In this document: positions 58,166-64,000 of the stretch, piece after piece
Numbering within the stretch: the stretch's first letter is position 1
How the letters are laid out: each line of letters begins with the position of its first letter
NCBI GenBank assembly: GCA_009103225.1
Contig: RHPI01000560.1
Coordinates: forward strand, 541,465-605,464
Direction of reading: 5' to 3'
Length of the DNA: 64,000 nucleotides
From: Chlorokybus atmophyticus
Taxonomy: Eukaryota; Plantae; Mesostigma and Chlorokybus algae
Program-made: the position numbers and the translations under genes
The notes under the pieces: generated by a model
Databases searched by the model: none
The model's input: only the letters and a program-made list of their open reading frames with translations
What the model was told of the DNA's origin: nothing

Positions 58166-61100
58166 TCACTGTTGAGCTTGCATGTCTGCCTCTGCGCGCC
58201 ATTCACCCATACTGCTTTCGCTTACTTTGCTACCAGCTGACAGCAATCGCTGGTCTTGGCATATACTTTGGTAAGCTCCTGTTGTTGCTATCGCCGCTGA
58301 AGCAACTTGTTTGAAGATAATCAGGGCAAGTTTTTCGTCAAAAGTTGTGGTTGTATCATATGCCTGTTTGAATTGCAGTGTGGTCATTGATTCCATTGCA
58401 ACCACTACGACGTAACCACAAGCATTCTGATGTTATACCAGCTGCTCTGCTTGCATCTCAGCAGCAGGCTGACCCGGTACAGGTGTTTGTGCTGCACTCT
58501 CACTGCATTCATGGCCGCGTCTGTAAGGTTGCGAACACCTGTCGCAGATGCGCTTCGTCTTGAATGTCTCAGCGTATGGGTTGTCCTCCACAGCACTCTT
58601 TTTCCGCTTCTTCTTCTTCCGCTTGAGCTTGGTCTTCTTGCTGGATGACTTGCTGTTGTCCTGTGCTTCACTCGTGCCTGTCGCCTGGCCACTCTCATCA
58701 GGGTTTTTCCTTTTCCTGCCCTTCTTCCGCTTCTGAGGCTTCTCAAGCTCGGGTAGCAACAGATTTGCATCCAAGGCATAGACCCGCATAGCCAGAGCTG
58801 AAATAGTGAATGCATGCATAGGTGCCTACAAAAAGAAGTGTGTCACTTGTGGTGTCAGCACGAGTACAGATGCCACGAAAGCGTGTTGTTACCTACCTGA
58901 GGTGACTGATGCAGCTGCCATCTTGGCATGAGCGCCGCATTGGTAAACATCCTTTCCAATAGCACCAGTGAAGCCGCCAGCTTGGAGACAGTAGTTGCAC
59001 GGCGTGCAGCTGTCCGCCATGCCACTCTGCGCTCTGAAGACCCATACACTGCGTGTGCAACCTGTTGCATTATGCCTTTCGTCAGCGTCATACACTGCAA
59101 GTCTTCTGATTTGCTTGAGACATTCAGTTCTCCGCAAGCAGATTTACCTCATCCTTGAGGGACGCCTCAATGTTTTGCAGGTCCGCCCGTAGCTTGCCAA
59201 TATAAACGCCAAGAACGTGGCACCCTTCTGCTTCCGGTGTGTTCTCCGGCCATTCCTTCTGCTGCATGCGTAAAACTTTGGGGACCTCTGACTTGACTAT
59301 GGACCTCTCCTGCACCTGGAGGCACTGCTGAGCTCTGAGGTAGGCACCATGCAACAGCTGCCCTTCATCTCGCTTGCCTCGCTCATCCCGTGCCTGATGA
59401 CGCATATCCCATGCATTCAACAACTGTTCCACAACAAATGCATGTTACTCAGACATGTGTGGCCACCTTGAGAAGACTTGCATCTGACTGCCGCTCGCTG
59501 CCAGCACGCATGGCGCTCAATAACTGCTGCTCGAAGCGAATCAAAGCCTAACATTCATAGCAAGCACAGTTACAGCACGCCACTTGTTTGATAAAAAGGC
59601 AGGCAGCATCAACGACCTTGCAACACCTGTACCTGGCGGAGTGAGCTTTCACGCAGCCCGCGAGGGTTGAGCCAGCCCAACAAGGCTTGCAATTGTTCAG
59701 GGGTCTCATACGCTGCCCATACACCTGGCGTGGTGGTGGCCTTATCATGTTGCAGCCAATATTTAGGTGCATTGGGTTTGTTCTGTATTGGAGCAGGTTC
59801 CACAGCTGTGTTGGTCTCAGCTGCCGTCTGTACAAGATCTGTAGCATGTTCTGCTGCAGGGAGTTGCAGCTGATGCAAGTCTTCTTGCTTTTGAGTACTG
59901 CCGATCGCTGTTCTCAATTCAGCAATAGCTTGCGCAGCTTCAACCACACGAGGGACAACCGTGATAGTCACAGGTTCACCAGCGTCGTCTATGCAAGTTT
60001 GCTGACACATCTGATGTCGCTCTTCCACCAACAACTTTGGGCCATCGGGATAAGTCACCACCACGTACTCGCTACCCCATCGGTCATAGCCAACTCGCTC
60101 CCGCCGCACAGCTGCATGGAAGTGTCGTTGTATTTCCAGCCATGGCAACCAAAATACTGACAACGAGCAAATACCTGATGCTTGCAACTTTGGTAAGAGA
60201 TCTGCCTTGATCTTGGCGAACTCCTGCTTGCTTTCTGCATTCTTGTCTGTTGGCTCTATGGTCTGGTTTTCTCGTACACCACCTGATGGATTCCAGTCAT
60301 CGTTTTGACTATCATCACTGTCAAGGGCCAATATTTCAGCAACATCCGCCTCCTCAAGCTTCACACCACTCCTGCGCCTGCCCCGTTGGCCTTTTGGCCT
60401 GTTCTCCTGCACACTCACTCATCAGTTTGCCTCTTTCCAAGACTGATACTCCATAGTCACTGCAACGATGCAGTCAAGTTACACATGGGCGAGCGTACCT
60501 TCAAGACTTTTCGATGAGATAGGTCGGCAGACCGTAGCTCCCGCTTGAACTCCAAGTGAGTTGCAAGGCTTTCATCCAGATGGATGCGCACGGCATCTGA
60601 GCAAAGGACTTCGTCGCACATCCAGAGCAGGAGAGCCAATCGCTGCTCGCAGAACAACATGCCTACATCAGTCGCATGCATTGAAGGTGCAGAATACAAG
60701 CGCAGATACTTACTTGTCCCACTGAAAGCTGCCAATACTCGCGTGCTGATATTAGTGCTATCAGCCATTGCCTTCTGGCTGAGTCAGTCGCCAGGCAAGG
60801 CTCGTGGCCGTCCAACTGAAGAGCATTCTCTATAAACACAAACCACGCCATTCGCTGACTTGAAGCTATGTCATGTGGCAACACAGGGGTAGCAGCTGCA
60901 TCAGGCAGTTCATTAACAGCCACTGCTGCTGTCTTTTCTGATCCTGTCTGCGGGATATGGAACGGATGCACCCCTGGTGCAGGGGTTGTGCTGACTTGTG
61001 CAGGCGGTGCAGCGATAATCAGGCTTGCAGGGTTGTCATGTGCGTTGACTTGAACCAGACCAGGTTGAGCGCCATGCGTAGCAGGGGTTTGGCAAGCGTC

Positions 61101-64000
61101 GAATAGTGTTGGTTGGGATGACAGGATGCTCACTGGGGCCAAACTTGCCAGTGCCAGGTTGCTTGCATCCAACTGAGCAGCCTGAAGATTCATAGCTCCA
61201 GTCAAGCCTTGACATTTTAAAACCCCAATACCGACACATGCGTTCTTAACTGACTAACTGCTTGCCTGACTGCCTTGACTGAAGCCATCCACGTATATGC
61301 CCTCAGGTTGGGCCACAGGCTCGGTTGATGCTACAGCAGTTTCAACAGGGCTGGTCATTGCTGGTATATCTTCCTCTAGCCCTTGGTTCATCTCATCTAA
61401 CCGCGTGCAGTTGGGACACAGCCATTCGCCCATTGGTACTTGTGTCAATGGTGGCGTGAGGCAATACAAGTGATATGGTTGGTTGCAATTGTCGCAAAGC
61501 AGGCTGCTGGTTGCATCATCATCCCAACCACAAACCTGCAGTCAGCTCATCCGGATTCAGTTGCAAACATAGGGTTAAAAGGAAAGTGCAGAAACTGCTT
61601 AATCCTTCTGGTCGTTGAAGTTTCTTCTTAGCATTGAACGCAATACTCTAGAAATGTGATGGTTCACCTGACAGCTTTCAGAGGACCATGCTGCTTCAGG
61701 CAGGGCTGGCTCATCAATGCAGCACGCTATGTTCACTGCCATTGGCCCCTTGGCGACATATGATACCACCTGTAACCAGAGTGCACAATGCAAGAGAGGG
61801 TGGGTGTAAGCCATGCAAATAAACGTCACACAAGTTATTTCAGTCTGCGACCTACCAGCTCATCATACAGCTGCTGAAAATTTTCTAAAAGGCACCGGCA
61901 GGCCGGTATGTATGCAGCTTCTTCTTCCTCGTTAGCAAGTGTATTTTCCCAAAGCAGCTGGACCTAATCACATGCACAGCTTAGATGACCGCAAACATGC
62001 AAAAGGTTCACACGCCCGCTCCTTACATAACCCTTTGCGTGACTCTGTTTACATACCTCAGAGTAGAATGCTTCAGCGGAGGGGTAAGCGCCAGCGGCCA
62101 GTCGCGCATCTATTGTTTGTAGATCAACCACTATTGCAAACTTGCCAGGTCTGTAGCAGACATGGCCATCACCGTGCGTGCACAGGCGGATGCACAGGCG
62201 GGGGAAAGGAGGGGGGGAGGGGGGGGGTGACAAGGAGATGCTAACCTGCCATCAGCAACTCGGCAGAAGTCGCGTCCGCCATCCATGTTTGCAAGCTGCC
62301 TCACTACTACGCGGCAGCGCCGAAACACGCGCTGACGAAACACCTCATTCTGCTTGTGTTCTAGCCTTCTGTCCAGTCTCTGGCGGCTGGCACCTGTTGC
62401 CTTCACGGGCGTTTTGGAGTGAATGCCAATCATCGCAAGAGCCTGTGCGACGAGTTTCTGCGCAGTACAGATGTTAGCGCGTAATTCACCCACACAATCA
62501 AGTCCCAAAAAGGTCACCTTGGTTGGGCCACAGCCGTTATTCTTGTAGACGCCTTTGGCAATGGACTCCACGAGCAACAATCTCGCAGGCTCTGGCGGAT
62601 CCATGCTGAGAGCATCCTCAACTTTAGCCTTGATCCTGCTGCCATAGTTGGAGGCCATGTGTGCGACCTGACAGTGGGCAAGCATCAATCAGAAAGCTGT
62701 AACAAGTCCCAACTGGAGCACTGATGGTAGCTGAAGCGCCAGCTGTGCAAATCCTTCAGTTGGGCAAGCTAGCTACTTCAGCATGGTCAGTGTGAACATG
62801 CCTTGACGGCTCACATCTGTCAGCGCCAGGGCCCAAGCCGGAAGTGTCTGGTCAATGGGTGCAATGTCCTCAGCCTTGGCAGTTGCAGCTACCGGCGGTA
62901 CTGCTTCCTCTGCAGCGATGTTTGCATCAACCCTATGTACCGTATCCTCTGCCTTGACGTTGGTGGCAACGTCGTCCAAGGAGCGTGGGGATAGCTTATA
63001 TTTCATGGAAGGCATATGCGCTTGCAACTGATTTTCAACGACAGCCAAACACTTGCTGTCGGCAAAGATTGCGCCACTCTGAAAGCCATCAACGGTCCGC
63101 AAGATGGTGCCACCATCTCCTGACATGCAGTGCAACACCTGCATTCAACAAGAGCTGCTTGCAGTTCTTACGCAATTTGGAAAAAACAGCTACTTGCAAA
63201 CGCCATGCACACATGTAACACATGGCTATAGCTTCATACCTGTGTCCAGTCAATAGTTGTATCCGCAGCTTCTGCGGAGGAAACAACCAATTGCGCGATG
63301 AGGTACCGACGCGTAAGCTCCTGCCACGTCAATGCGTTCACAGGGCATCCTGCATCATTGTCCACATACTCCAGTGTTGCCACCTGCATCACAACGAGCA
63401 CTTAAGAACGCATAATACGCAATACAAGTCATGCTTTTTGTACAAGCTTGTCTACCTCAAGCTTCTGTAGAGCTGTTCGTCGCAGTTCAAACAAAAGTAT
63501 CCGAAGCAATGATGCGTGTAGCTTTGTCAGCAAAGCCACACTTTCCAGCCGGCATGGGCTCAGCAGCATGTTCTCCAACTTCTCAGGGGTGGGCGGATGT
63601 CGGATCTCTAGTAAAGCAGCGAAGCGAGCACAACACTCCACAACCTGGACAACCCCAAGACGATCGATGAGCCAGATAACTTTGCATATGGCATGCTTCA
63701 CAAACATGTTATTCAAGTGCTTGACCTGCACCACGTTGCCAACAAAGTGAGCTGGGAGCTTAGCGAGAAGCACATTGGCAGCAGGTGGAGGCTCCAGAGC
63801 TTGCGGCAAAGTCAAGTCCTCAGGATACTGCTTTGCTTGCTGTCTCTGTTATAAATCAAACCGTGCTGTCAGCAACAAACTCTGTATGGTTGCCATTAAC
63901 CTGTCCGACTGAAGTGATGTAAAACACACACGCCTTGCAACACGCACATCACCTGTTGTCTTAACAGCTCGTTGGCTGCCTGCTGGGCTAGTCTAGCTTG
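58166..64000 (-). CDS. MBD9: MBD9-like chromatin reader (DDT-like, bromodomain-like, PHD, WHIM1-3, C-terminal Cys-rich fingers); 5' end beyond the right edge
   Basis: RRCRVVVRQLANMD and DLQTIDARLAAGAYPSAEAFYSEV resemble, from recall, the plant MBD9 DFRTIDLRLAAGAY segment. PHD ...LLCDNCNQPYHLYCLTPPLTQVPMGEWLCPNC; WHIM1-like EQRLALLLWMCDEVLCSDAVRIHLD; WHIM2/WSD RRERVGYDRWGSEY and LQALLGWLNPRGLRESSL; WHIM3-like AWRTAARRATTVSKLAASLVLLE; DDT-like VVECCARFAALLEIRHPPTPEKLE. Confidence 0.8.

Overview
Eukaryotic, intron-rich genomic DNA, most likely from a green alga (Viridiplantae). This is inferred from an MBD9-like chromatin gene, a telo-box, TGTAA elements after stop codons, and GT-AG introns filled with alternating purine-pyrimidine tracts. 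Apparently intact genes: an SF1 (UPF1/IGHMBP2-like) helicase (-, runs off the left edge) head-to-head with a TruA/PUS1-family pseudouridine synthase (+); a signal-peptide-bearing protein with 14 RCC1 repeats (+); an ELL/occludin-domain elongation-factor-like gene (-); two tail-to-tail paralogous Cys-less pentameric ligand-gated ion channels (+ and -); and an MBD9-like gene (-, runs off the right edge). Between them lies accessory DNA. It includes a ~5 kb module duplicated in inverted orientation (11.9-16.9 kb and 48.9-55.6 kb) that carries a KH-domain/unknown-domain gene and Gly-zipper membrane-protein genes, with the right copy abutting a truncated GBP/atlastin-like GTPase. It also includes two decayed copies of the PUS locus, a 1.5 kb CACTA-like element with TIRs and a 3-bp TSD, a tRNA-derived fragment, several hairpins and microsatellites, and two assembly gaps. 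Exon structures and alignments were read by eye, so boundaries are approximate, and no database searches were run.
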